Below the pieces are notes generated by a model. The model was not told the origin of the DNA. It saw only the letters and a program-made list of their open reading frames with translations, and ran no database searches. A program made the position numbers and the translations under genes. 64,000 nucleotides of DNA from Octopus bimaculoides (taxonomy: Eukaryota), in NCBI RefSeq assembly GCF_001194135.2, contig NC_068998.1, positions 27,011,568-27,075,567 on the forward strand, in the 5' to 3' direction. Positions 1-11,472 of this stretch are shown piece after piece (within the stretch, counting starts at the first letter, position 1; each line of letters begins with the position of its first letter).

Positions 1-46
<46 letters not shown>
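1..46. repeat. (GT)n microsatellite
   Basis: Pure GT run at the window start. Confidence 0.99.
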
Positions 47-190
47 CGAGTTTCTTTCAGTTTCCGCCTTCCAAATGCATTCACAGGGTTTTGATCGGCC
101 CGGGGCTATAGTAGAAGACGCTTGCCCAAGATACCACGCAGTGCCATTGACTCTGTAAGCATGTGGTTGGGAAGCAAGATTCTTACTATA
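47..190 (-). mobile_element. tRNA-derived octopus-type SINE, 5' half
   Basis: Reverse complement reads ..CTTGCTTCCCAACCACATG..CTTGGGCAAG..CTTCTACTATAGCC..GGAAACTGAAAGAAACTCGTC into (CA)n. Related copies at 683-865 and 34915-35060. Confidence 0.85.
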
Positions 191-682
191 TATAAACATA
201 CATAACTTTGTGCGTTTTGAGGTAAGAATATTGCTGTCATATGACACATCAATTTTCAAGAATAGTACATTTCCTTTGTTTTATCTGAGTCTATAAACTT
301 TTGGGGTCTCAGTTTGATTTAATAGTGTCTAGAAAACAAAAGTATCCTTTGTATTATAAAAGCTCAGCAGTTCTTAAAGGGCCACATTTTCATAAATACC
401 ATACATTATATTAATTATTCTTAATTCATACAAGAGCTTAATGTATATGACAAAGTAGATATAAAAATGACCTTACTATACAAGTCAGGAGACATTTCAT
501 ATAGCGGCAATCCAATGCAGCTGCCACACAAACTACTATATTATTCAAAGAACAATTAAAATGAATTATCACTTATAATTACATGACTACAATTTATTAA
601 TGACAGTGTTTGCTGTATAGATAACATGCAAGTAGTCGATAGTGTTCTTAAGACGAGGTAGAATAACATTTAAAATACTTTG

Positions 683-865
683 GACTGGCTTGGCTGTGTG
701 GTTAAGTGGTTCGGTTCACAACCATCTAGTTCTGGTGTGTTCTCATTATATTGTATCTGCGGTAAGTATTTTTACGACAGCGGTTCGACAAGAGCTGATC
801 GATACTTTGTGAGGGAAATTTGGTCGATGGAGACTATGCGGCGGCTCGTTGAATATACAGTTACT
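683..865 (+). mobile_element. Degenerate copy of the same SINE 5' half
   Basis: GGCTGTGTGGTTAAG..CAACCA..GGAGACTATGCGGCGGCTCGTTGAATATA is collinear with the reverse complement of 47-190. Confidence 0.6.
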
Positions 866-949
866 TTCACTTGTTTTTGTCATTGCGCTGTGGCCATGAG
901 GGGACACCTATTCATACATGTATATGTACATATTCTTTTATTCTTTTTG

Positions 950-1200
950 TTTGACTTGTTTCAGTCACTTGACTGCGGCCATGCTGCAGCACCGCTTTAG
1001 AGGGTTTAGTCGAAGAAATTGGCCCCAGGACTTATTCTTTGTAGGCGTAGTACTTATTCCATGGATCTATTTTGCCGACCCGCTAAGTTGCGGGGACATA
1101 AATGCACCAGCATCAGTTGTCAAGCGATGGCAGGAGTACAAACACAGACACACACACAACGGTCTTCATTCAGTTTCCGTCCAATGGTCCAATACAAAGA
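950..1200 (-). mobile_element. Octopus-type SINE, 3' half
   Basis: TGTTTCAGTCACTTGACTGCGGCCATGCTG..CCCCAGGACTTATTC..CCGCTAAGTTGCGGGGAC..GTTGTCAAGCGATGG. A related copy lies on the opposite strand at 38360-38510. Confidence 0.8.
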
Positions 1201-1221
1201 TATATACAGACATATTCAGAC

Positions 1222-1230
<9 letters not shown>

Positions 1231-1262
<32 letters not shown>

Positions 1263-1272
1263 NNNNNNNNNN

Positions 1273-1313
<41 letters not shown>

Positions 1314-1458
1314 TACACACACACTCGTGAGACTGCCACCTTAGCTTTGCTTGGGTGTAATTGCCATACTTGATGAATGATGACAATTGAAACAATAAAT
1401 AGGATAATAAGCAACTAAATCAAATGTATGCATTTTTATGTATACATATATATATGTG

Positions 1459-1509
<51 letters not shown>

Positions 1510-2331
1510 NNNNNNNNNNNNNNNNNNNNNNNNNNNNNNNNNNNNNNNNNNNNNNNNNNNNNNNNNNNNNNNNNNNNNNNNNNNNNNNNNNNNNNNNNNN
1601 NNNNNNNNNNNNNNNNNNNNNNNNNNNNNNNNNNNNNNNNNNNNNNNNNNNNNNNNNNNNNNNNNNNNNNNNNNNNNNNNNNNNNNNNNNNNNNNNNNNN
1701 NNNNNNNNNNNNNNNNNNNNNNNNNNNNNNNNNNNNNNNNNNNNNNNNNNNNNNNNNNNNNNNNNNNNNNNNNNNNNNNNNNNNNNNNNNNNNNNNNNNN
1801 NNNNNNNNNNNNNNNNNNNNNNNNNNNNNNNNNNNNNNNNNNNNNNNNNNNNNNNNNNNNNNNNNNNNNNNNNNNNNNNNNNNNNNNNNNNNNNNNNNNN
1901 NNNNNNNNNNNNNNNNNNNNNNNNNNNNNNNNNNNNNNNNNNNNNNNNNNNNNNNNNNNNNNNNNNNNNNNNNNNNNNNNNNNNNNNNNNNNNNNNNNNN
2001 NNNNNNNNNNNNNNNNNNNNNNNNNNNNNNNNNNNNNNNNNNNNNNNNNNNNNNNNNNNNNNNNNNNNNNNNNNNNNNNNNNNNNNNNNNNNNNNNNNNN
2101 NNNNNNNNNNNNNNNNNNNNNNNNNNNNNNNNNNNNNNNNNNNNNNNNNNNNNNNNNNNNNNNNNNNNNNNNNNNNNNNNNNNNNNNNNNNNNNNNNNNN
2201 NNNNNNNNNNNNNNNNNNNNNNNNNNNNNNNNNNNNNNNNNNNNNNNNNNNNNNNNNNNNNNNNNNNNNNNNNNNNNNNNNNNNNNNNNNNNNNNNNNNN
2301 NNNNNNNNNNNNNNNNNNNNNNNNNNNNNNN

Positions 2332-2386
<55 letters not shown>

Positions 2387-2400
2387 ATATATATACACGT
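1231..2400. repeat. (GT)n/(TA)n microsatellites flanking assembly gaps
   Basis: TG and TA runs beside N-gaps 1263-1272 and 1510-2331. Confidence 0.95.
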
Positions 2401-2759
2401 GTGTGTGTATGTAACTGTGTGTGTGCGCACGCGTGCATATGTATATTTGCACCCATGTATATGTATGTATGTATGTATGGATGGATGGATGGATGTATGT
2501 ATGAATGTTATTTACTATTTTTGATTAATTTCTTCCTTTGAAGAAGGAACTGGTTTCTAACAAATATACAATGCTCTATTGTAGGAATGTAGAATATGAA
2601 AACAATGTCACATATTAAACCTGAGAAAAGTCTTCCATAATTTTACTATGTACGTATGCATGTATGTATGTATGTGTGCATGTATGAATTCCGAGAGATA
2701 ACATAAAAAGTAAAATGAAATTTTAAATGCCGGAAAACGTTCCAGTGCACCAATGTTTG

Positions 2760-4330
2760 TAATAATAACTGCAGTAGTTTGACTAATTCTTGACAGAGAA
2801 ACATATTATTGTCCCTGCACTGGGACTCATAGTCTTGATTTTGAGATTTATTGCTGCTTTCATTGCGAAAGCCGCTTGAACTGGAATCTGTAATAAGGCA
2901 TGATCTAATGTTAGAGTGATGCCCGAGTTTTCACTCTTTCTAACAAACCGCCTTCAATCATGCGGTCATGTAAGTGGGTTATTTACATTTTTCTTCCATT
3001 GTGAAGTTCATATATCTTATTTGAATTCCGCAACAGCATCACCACACGATCATATTTCGATGACAAAGGAAAGGCACTATACGAAGCCACAGCTCTTTGG
3101 TAACTCAGTTTAATAATTGTGCAGATTATTTTGTGAATATTTCTCCATTATATAGAGTCAACGAACTCAATAAGTTTTATTCCTCATCGTCCTTCAACGA
3201 AAGATGGGTGATGAACTTAGCTACAAAAACAAATATTCTGTTTATCACTTTGCATCTGTCCCATCAAACCTTGAAAACATTCTACTTTTAGTTCCTGCTG
3301 GTTCTTTCGAAACCATTTTATTATTATGTTTTTTGTTTTATTTTGCATTTGGGGGTGGGGGCTTATTTTACATTTTTTTTCAATTTATCGACGAGGGAAT
3401 TATCTTCCGAAACATTTCGAAATCAATGATTAGATGTAACATCGCGTATTCTTTAGAATTCCCACTCTAGACGTCATGTCCAAATTAATTACCTTTTATT
3501 AGAGATAAAAGAACACCGCTCAAGGAACCATTATTCTTATTTAACTGATTACGTAGAAACTTATCCACTACTATTTTCTTCAATCCAGAGTGAAACGGCT
3601 GTTATTTCAGAGTCAGCAGAAGAGGAGCATGAACCACTGAACAAACTGAAGCGTTGTGTGACACCGTTTCTACGATATATGTTTCAAAGTATTTACTGTA
3701 GTCATACATCCGGTTCAGCATAAGTATTCGTGTATATTCATCTACGTGTGGCATGATACATATATGATGGTCATAGATGTAAATTTTGGCATAAGATGCT
3801 GTTTGACCAGAGGCAAATAACAATCTAGTTAACAAAAGGTGATATCACATTGAACTCCCTGTTTGTACATCTCTGTTTGAAACCAAACCCTGATCAAACT
3901 TAATGATGTATTGTAACAAAATTCAGAAGTGGCCCACATCAAATTCAACAATGCTGGAATTTTGATAATTCAAAGTAACATGAAATTTCAATTTTCACAA
4001 CAAAGTTGAACCATTGGATCTTGTATAATTGAACTGTTTTTATATTCTTATTTTCCAGAAAAATACTTGGTAACCAAAACAAATCATATGACATAGTTAA
4101 TACCAGTCATTACACAAACTCATCTTCAAAATAGCTCTTCGGTTCCTTTCGTTGCTTTTTAGTTATCGTAAAAGTATAATTGACGGGAAGCTGATCTCAC
4201 TTCTAATCTATCAGTACTTCATAAGCATTTCTTCAAGGTTATGTTATTTGCTTCACTTAACCTTCAAGCAACTGGGACATTAGTGTTTTTCATTATCATG
4301 CACCAATTGGCGTCGCTTGATATATTTGCT
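2760..4330 (-). mobile_element. Heavily deleted Helitron (RepHel) remnant
   Basis: Minus-strand peptide remnants: FPVQAAFAM..NKSQ (2835-2886, PIF1 helicase C-terminal motif FPV.LAFAMTINKSQGQ), KNQQELKVECFQGLM (~3265-3308), LFASGQTASYAKIYIYD (~3765-3825). Many stops and frameshifts. Confidence 0.65.
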
Positions 4331-5085
4331 CNNNNNNNNNNCTTTTAGTCTGGGGTTCTTGAATTGCCATATCTTTCTTTTTTCCATTTTTATTTCTTCC
4401 TTCTGATTCTTTTCTTGGTGGCATCTTCTTTGTCCCTTTTTTTTTCATTTGTTTTTGGTTTCTTTTTCTGNNNNNNNNNNNNNNNNNNNNNNNNNNNNNN
4501 NNNNNNNNNNNNNNNNNNNNNNNNNNNNNNNNNNNNNNNNNNNNNNNNNNNNNNNNNNNNNNNNNNNNNNNNNNNNNNNNNNNNNNNNNNNNNNNNNNNN
4601 NNNNNNNNNNNNNNNNNNNNNNNNNNNNNNNNNNNNNNNNNNNNNNNNNNNNNNNNNNNNNNNNGTGGCATCTTCTTTGTCCCTTTTTTTTTCATTTGTT
4701 TTTGGTTTCTTTTTCTGATAGTCCTTCTTAATCCCTGATTTATATGCAAAGAAAAGCAAATATTGTGTGGATAGCTACGACAATGTATAAACATTAGTAA
4801 ATACTACTGCTTGTTAATAACAATTGCTTATCTGTTAATGTTACAGATATGGTACAGTAAGGACAAAAAGTTTTCTTGGGTGGAAAAAAATAGCACTCTC
4901 CAAAGTTGTCTTCGGGGAAATGCATAGCGAAGTACACAGAGGAAGAATGTCTTTTGCTGTGATGACAGAATACGCGTATGAATTTGTTTGTCATATAGAT
5001 TCTCTGAAATGACAACGAAAGTATTTCCTAATACTAACAAAAGTATCCGACGTCGTCGCGTGCCGTAATAGATTTAAGTTAAACA

Positions 5086-5335
5086 CAGTAATCCCTCGCC
5101 ATATCGCGGTTCACTTATCGCGGTTTACCTATCGCGATTCACCTATCGCGGTTTATTATTTAAGCTTACGTCGATTCCTCTGTGGTGTTGTTTTACATTT
5201 ATAATAAAATTAATATAAACAAACTATAAAAATAGTAAAAAAGAATATACAGTACAGTACTGTTTCTACTTCGCGGATTTTAACCTATCGCGAGGGTTCT
5301 GGAACGTAACACACGCGATAGTGGGGGGATTAATG
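5086..5335. mobile_element. pogo/Tigger-like MITE
   Basis: Left end CAGTAATCCCTCGCCATATCGCG, right end CGCGATAGTGGGGGGATTAATG followed by TA. Internal repeats of (C)TATCGCG. Confidence 0.75.
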
Positions 5336-5339
5336 TACT

Positions 5340-6595
5340 GTATATGATAAGATGAATGGAATGCGTGGAATAAAAAAATCGTAATAGTGATTTTGATCAG
5401 ATGAAGTAAAAGACTTTTGATAGCCATTCGTAGCAACATGAATACTGGGTGCTGTACTGCTGTTTTCATTAGTACATATTAAAGAGAGACTCCATTGAGA
5501 TTACTTGACGGCATCATTAATGTCATCGAAATAAGCTTTCAATAACATTTCGTGAAATGTATTTATGATTGTTCCACAATTTTTTATGCATTTTGACAAT
5601 ACCATTCTCAATGTCAACTAGTAAATGATCATTACCATTAACTAAATTAAAACCTAGCAAACTAACAGCAGGAACAACTCTATCATGCGCAACTTTTACC
5701 TTGATGAAAACATTAAGCCTTTCATTTCGTCTTTAAATATAACATTTTTGAAGCATGCTCTCAACTCACCAACGGCTGTACTGGCATAGCTAGCCTGAAA
5801 CCACTGGTGAGCAGGACTGCATCTTCACTCGTGATGTCTGGTAAGATACAATGAATAGCCTCAAATGCAAGTCTGTAACACATTAAGTATAACAAGCCAA
5901 GCAGAGTGTATACTTTCAGCCTGGCTTGTTTCAGATCCTTTGCTTGAGCAGATACTTTGACAATCTTACACATAAGTGTGCCAGAGTGTGCAAAGTTGAG
6001 TAGCGGAAAGCAGTCCTGCCACCTGTAAACAATATTACAGTAGTTTCAGATGAAACCACTGCAATAACAATCTCTTTGCGCGAACGAATGTTTGCCATGT
6101 TTGGTTTCAACAAATAAGTTGAACTCCATCAGAAGCATCAAATGAAGCTTTTCTTCCAACGTTAGATTACCACTAATTGTTTGAACCAATGATAAGGAAA
6201 TAATTTTATCCTCAAACGCAGGATAATACTAATAATATAGCATGAACAGGATAAACTACCCATATTTTGCAGAAAAATGTGTCGGCAGCCAGCCTTCATC
6301 ATGATTTGAATTTAACGAACCAATGATGATTTTTCTTTTATAATTGGAACGAAAATTGATTAATTTTTGGAGATAGGCTGCCCCAGCTGTTGAAAACTAT
6401 GTGGTTCCCTCTTTCGACTGAAAGTTGCAGTTCTTACTGGAGCTGGCAGATCACCCTGTTCAAGATACTTGCCTGCCTTAGACTGTAAAGCAGAAGAAAA
6501 CTTTAGGTGTGGGTCCTTTGACTAATATTGTGCTTGATAGAATATATTTTCTGTTAAGCTGTTTTAATGATTTTACTTAAGTTGCTAAGGACTAG
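5340..6595 (-). mobile_element. Helitron helicase remnant
   Basis: Minus-strand peptides in Helitron PIF1 order: VKGPT; NIRSRKEIVIAVVSSETTVILFTGGRTA; AFEAIHCILPDIT..VLLTSGFRLAMPV; PVFMLLR; FIPRIP. Confidence 0.8.
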
Positions 6596-6611
6596 ATAGT
6601 TAATAGACACA

Positions 6612-7740
6612 ATGACCTCATTGAAACTTGTTATTACAATTTATTACTTTTAAGTTCTTTTAAAGTCTATGGGTAGGGTGGGGGTTAACATCAACAGATT
6701 AGGTCCTTCTCTTTCTTTTTCTCTTCCTTTCACTCATTCTCTGCTACTTCCTCCACTTAGTTTTCTTTCTCTTCTTCGTCGCAAGGCTCCTCGTCACTCA
6801 CTCCCAGTGCATTTGTTATCGCAGGAGGTGCAGGTGCGGTTTCTTTCCTGACCGGCAGGACCACTGGTGCTTTACTGGGCGGCGGAGGGTACTCTGCTCT
6901 TATGTGGCCTTTTTGGCCCCACTTGAAACAATGGGGCTTCTTGTCCTCCACCACAATCCTTAGTCTTATTTCGTCACCCACCGATATGGTGTTTACAATA
7001 CTCTCCAAATCCTCCGGGGCAGCTTGGATGACCATATCCAGGCCTTGCCCTTACCAGTTTCGCTGTGGTATCTTAGTTGCCAGGAGGACCACAGTCCTCT
7101 CCTCCATTCCAAGCAATATCGCCGCCACCAGCCAGGCAACATCGACCACCGGAGGGATTTCTTCCACCCTCACTCTGGAAGCACGTATTCCAAAGTAAAT
7201 TGGCAGAAGCATTACCATGTTTGTCCTAAGGGAGGTCACAGAGTGCTACCTCGCTTTCTCCTCGGTTTGCAACCGCACCTCTACCGTTGAGTACTTCTTC
7301 CCTCTGGCGAGGTATGTAACGTCCTGCCAGATGGGCTTCAACGCTTTTTCCACCCGTTGCTTTGTTGCAACTTCGATCATTTTCAGTTTTAAATTGTACG
7401 GTCTATACACTATCGTCTTCTTGGACGTTGACCTTGTAACCTGGCTCCTTGCACCTCTCCAACTCTCGCCTCTCAAAATGGATTTCTTCTTTTGAAACTC
7501 CGGCCGCAGCCGCAAAATTCATCTTTCTTTTATAACATTTTCATCGCATTCCAGCTTCCTTTCCAAATCGTCAATACATTTTAACAGCTCCGACGACGAC
7601 GATTCCATGTCGGACGAACTTATACTTTCGTAATTCATGCTCGAATGAGGCGCTTCCCCCTTCAAGCAAGGGGGAAACGTTATCAATACGGCCGCAAGGC
7701 AGCAAAACAAGGTGTTTTAACCACACACAAAGCAACAAAC
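6612..7740 (-). mobile_element. Tx1/L1-like ORF1 (gag-like, zinc knuckle) element with no ORF2; pseudogenised
   Basis: Track ORFs 7710-7519, 7515-7246, 7239-7051 and 7035-6757 are one reading frame broken by 3 stops. It contains SRVRVEEIPPVVDVAWLVAA and IVVEDKKPHCFKWGQKGHIRAEY (decayed CCHC knuckle). AATAAA lies ~110 nt after the stop. Confidence 0.7.
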
Positions 7741-7960
7741 GTTCAACAGTAAATTAACAGTAACAGAAAGAAGCGATACGTACAATAATAATTCAATGAG
7801 AGAAGAGAGTGTATTGTTTAACAACCACTAAGGGTCTAAACTCAGATGGGACGCCACGAGGATAGCACAAGTGGAGAAAAATCAAAAACAAATGAAACAA
7901 AAGGATGGAATGAAATTAATAAAGGGTGAAATGAAGGCCACCCGAACCCCACATTCCAAG

Positions 7961-8308
7961 TGATCTCATTGAAACTTTTTACACAATTTATCTCTTTAAA
8001 AGTCCCTTTCTTTTTTTCACTGTTTATGAAAATCGATCATTAAAACTCACCTCTGCAGGCAATGCGTCGGTATTAATTTCCATTTGTAAGGCCTTAATAC
8101 TCCCTCTGAACGTCTCTCGAAGTTTATTATAATGTTCTCTTCCAATGAGTCCACATTTCCCAGGAATATCTAATTTTACCAAGTTCTCCATTTTCCCTAA
8201 CTCCTCCTGATGGATTTGCGTCACTTGTATATTTGCTGGTGTATCTGTAGGGGCAGGGATGGGGTCTGTGTCTGGTTGAGTAGGGTGATGGTTGATTTTG
8301 GTTTTCAC
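7961..8308 (-). mobile_element. 5'-truncated unit with a KH-like ORF and a 3' end shared with 6612-7740
   Basis: ORF 8308-8024 includes VKLDIPGKCGLIGREHYNKLRETFRGSIK. The 3' motif AAGTTTCAATGAG(A/G)TCA is shared with 6613-6629. Confidence 0.4.
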
Positions 8309-8309
8309 G

Positions 8310-9341
8310 CAAGATAACCGTTTTTCGAAAGCTTGGTAATACTCAAGCTAAAACTATCCAGAAGATTCAGCAGGCCTTTGGCGATAAAGCCATGGGCAAA
8401 ACTCGAGTCAAGGAATTATACAACCGTTTCAAAACATGGCCGCACCTCGGCAGAGAGCGAAGGACGCTGAGGCAGCCGATACGAGGAGCCGATTGAGAAG
8501 GTTCGGCGAACAGTCATGGAAAATTGTCACTTAACAATGCAGGAAATGAAGTAGTAATCAGCTCACAAAGTGGTTAATGAGCACAGAATCAGTGCAATCC
8601 GTTTTAACGAAGGATTTGTCCGTGCGGATAGTGTCGGCCAAATTCGTCCCCAAGGTGCTGGCAGAGTAGCAGAACCGACACTGCATGATAACCGCTCAGG
8701 GTATGCTGGACTATGTAAACCACAATCCAGACTTCATGAAGCCCATCATCACTTGTGGCTACGACCCGGAAATCAGGTTCCATTCCTCCCTATGGAAAGA
8801 TCCGTCATCACCAAGGCCAAAAAAAAGGCATCAACAGTTTCGGGGCAATGTGAAAGTAATGTTGACCTGTTTCTTTGATTCCCGTGGCATCATGCATCAT
8901 AAATACACACCACAAGGCTAAACAATCAACAAGGAATATTTTGGAGGTTATACGTCGCTTTCGTGACATATGGGCGGCAAAGAATTTAGAAACTTCACCA
9001 CGACAAGGCACCTGTTCATTCCGCTCTCCTGGTCAAGAACAACACACCGCTTGTTAGACAGGGTCCCTACTCTTCCGACTTGGCACCATCTGACTTCTGG
9101 CTCTTCCCCAAAGTGAAAACCACGCTGAAAAAGAAGTGATTTTTGAGTCGCGAGAGGAAATTATGAGAAAAGTTACGACGGAGGTCCATATAAATTCTAG
9201 AGAAGGCGTTCCAGAGATGTTACCAGCAATGACAGAATCGCTGGGAGAAGTATGAGAACTCCCAAGGGAAGTATTTTGATGATTAAATATAATTTGTGAA
9301 ATGTACAAAATGTTTCTTTCTTACCAAAGGTCGGATATTTT
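8310..9341 (+). mobile_element. Degenerate mariner transposon, 5'-truncated
   Basis: KLGNTQAKTIQKIQQAFGDKAMGKTRVKELYNRFK; ITCGYDPE; PKKRHQQFRGNVKVMLTCFFDSRGIMHHKY; PYSSDLAPSDFWLFPKVK. The 3' TIR remnant AAGGTCGGATATTTTGA runs into (GATA)n. Confidence 0.9.
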
Positions 9342-9445
<104 letters not shown>

Positions 9446-9689
9446 NNNNNNNNNNNNNNNNNNNNNNNNNNNNNNNNNNNNNNNNNNNNNNNNNNNNNNN
9501 NNNNNNNNNNNNNNNNNNNNNNNNNNNNNNNNNNNNNNNNNNNNNNNNNNNNNNNNNNNNNNNNNNNNNNNNNNNNNNNNNNNNNNNNNNNNNNNNNNNN
9601 NNNNNNNNNNNNNNNNNNNNNNNNNNNNNNNNNNNNNNNNNNNNNNNNNNNNNNNNNNNNNNNNNNNNNNNNNNNNNNNNNNNNNNNNN

Positions 9690-10565
9690 GGTATAGACAA
9701 CAAACAGATGTATTAGTTGTTTAACGCTCGGGAAGTGAAAAAGTCTTTAACGTTTCGAGCCTACGCCCTTCCACAGAAAGAAACAGAGAGAGAAAATAAA
9801 CAACGTGTAGTGGCTAGCGATCTATCATGGCGAATGCCGAGCAGAGGGATCACACAGGAGAGTTAGGAAGAAGGGGAGATAATAAAGTAGTGGTGATCCC
9901 AAAACGAAGGTGCGCATGCATGTGTATAAGAGAGTATGCATGTGCGTGTGGAAGAGGGCTGGTGACCTTGACGTGTGCGTGTGAGCGTGTGTAGGTGTGT
10001 GGATGATGGTGTGGGTGCTGGGAAGTGTCAGTGCTAGTGTATGCGTGGTGGTGGAATGTGATGTGATGTTGTGTGGTATGGTGGTGTGTAGTGTTGTGGT
10101 GTGTGGTGTGGTGTGGTGTAGTGGTGTTGGGATGTGGGGGAGGCGAGAGTGCGGAAAGCAAGGATGGGGTGTGGGTTAGGCTGAAGGTGGGGGTAGAGGT
10201 TGTGCATGTGGGAGTGGGTCTAAGGGATGGGATGAGGTGGGATGGAATGGATAGGGAAGGTAGGGTTGGCTTATGTAGGGGTGAGGTTACGAGAGAGGGG
10301 TGACGATGAAGGGAGGGGAAGGGAGAAAGTGGGTAGGAGTGAAGAGAAGAAGTAGGAGTTGGCGCAAGAGAGGAGAGGTGAGTGGGAGGAAGTAGGTGTG
10401 AGAGGAAGAGAGGATGGGGAAGGAGGGTTAGATGAAGAGGGGAGGAGAGTTGAGCTCATGTGGCGGAAAGGAGCAAAGAGAGAAGATTAATCCCTGTTCA
10501 TGGCGAAGACGTGAGTCCGGATGGCCCCTGTGCAAGGACAATCCAAACACAGACAGGTGTTACAA
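9690..10565 (-). mobile_element. 3' end of a Penelope-like element: GIY-YIG C-terminus, CT/CA-rich 3' region, pseudo-LTR
   Basis: Minus frame 10565-10428 reads HLSVFGLSLHRGHPDSRLRHEQGLIFSLCSFPPHELN, matching the PLE GIY-YIG ending EQ.LIF.L....P.GLN. A hammerhead-like motif lies at 9744-9781. Confidence 0.75.
9744..9781 (-). ncRNA. Minimal type-I hammerhead ribozyme motif (core variant)
   Basis: UCUUU-CUGUGGA-A-GGGC(GUAG)GCUC-GAAA-C-GUU-AAAGA: stem I 5 bp, stem II 4 bp, palindromic AACGUU stem III. A6 is replaced by U. Confidence 0.6.
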
Positions 10566-11472
10566 NNNNNNNNNNNNNNNNNNNNNNNNNNNNNNNNNNN
10601 NNNNNNNNNNNNNNNNNNNNNNNNNNNNNNNNNNNNNNNNNNNNNNNNNNNNNNNNNNNNNNNNNNNNNNNNNNNNNNNNNNNNNNNNNNNNNNNNNNNN
10701 NNNNNNNNNNNNNNNNNNNNNNNNNNNNNNNNNNNNNNNNNNNNNNNNNNNNNNNNNNNNNNNNNNNNNNNNNNNNNNNNNNNNNNNNNNNNNNNNNNNN
10801 NNNNNNNNNNNNNNNNNNNNNNNNNNNNNNNNNNNNNNNNNNNNNNNNNNNNNNNNNNNNNNNNNNNNNNNNNNNNNNNNNNNNNNNNNNNNNNNNNNNN
10901 NNNNNNNNNNNNNNNNNNNNNNNNNNNNNNNNNNNNNNNNNNNNNNNNNNNNNNNNNNNNNNNNNNNNNNNNNNNNNNNNNNNNNNNNNNNNNNNNNNNN
11001 NNNNNNNNNNNNNNNNNNNNNNNNNNNNNNNNNNNNNNNNNNNNNNNNNNNNNNNNNNNNNNNNNNNNNNNNNNNNNNNNNNNNNNNNNNNNNNNNNNNN
11101 NNNNNNNNNNNNNNNNNNNNNNNNNNNNNNNNNNNNNNNNNNNNNNNNNNNNNNNNNNNNNNNNNNNNNNNNNNNNNNNNNNNNNNNNNNNNNNNNNNNN
11201 NNNNNNNNNNNNNNNNNNNNNNNNNNNNNNNNNNNNNNNNNNNNNNNNNNNNNNNNNNNNNNNNNNNNNNNNNNNNNNNNNNNNNNNNNNNNNNNNNNNN
11301 NNNNNNNNNNNNNNNNNNNNNNNNNNNNNNNNNNNNNNNNNNNNNNNNNNNNNNNNNNNNNNNNNNNNNNNNNNNNNNNNNNNNNNNNNNNNNNNNNNNN
11401 NNNNNNNNNNNNNNNNNNNNNNNNNNNNNNNNNNNNNNNNNNNNNNNNNNNNNNNNNNNNNNNNNNNNNNNN

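Noticed and set aside
4407-4718. Direct repeats on both sides of gaps (4407-4470/4665-4718; 12563-12635/12836-12908; ~22057-22286/22297-22527)
   Set aside because: Near-identical copies immediately flanking N-gaps are typical of unmerged contig overlaps, so these are probably artefacts rather than real duplications or LTRs.
8043-8051. Perfect minus-strand donor GAG|GTGAGT in the KH-like ORF, suggesting a host exon
   Set aside because: The frame continues to a stop 27 nt later, followed by the 3' terminus shared with the neighbouring retroposon, and no acceptor or partner exon was found. Not fully excluded.
10521-10538. ATGGCCCCTGTGCAAGGA, 17/18 identical to part of U6 snRNA as I recall it
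   Set aside because: No U6 similarity on either side. It is the antisense of the PLE GIY-YIG codons (SLHRGH).
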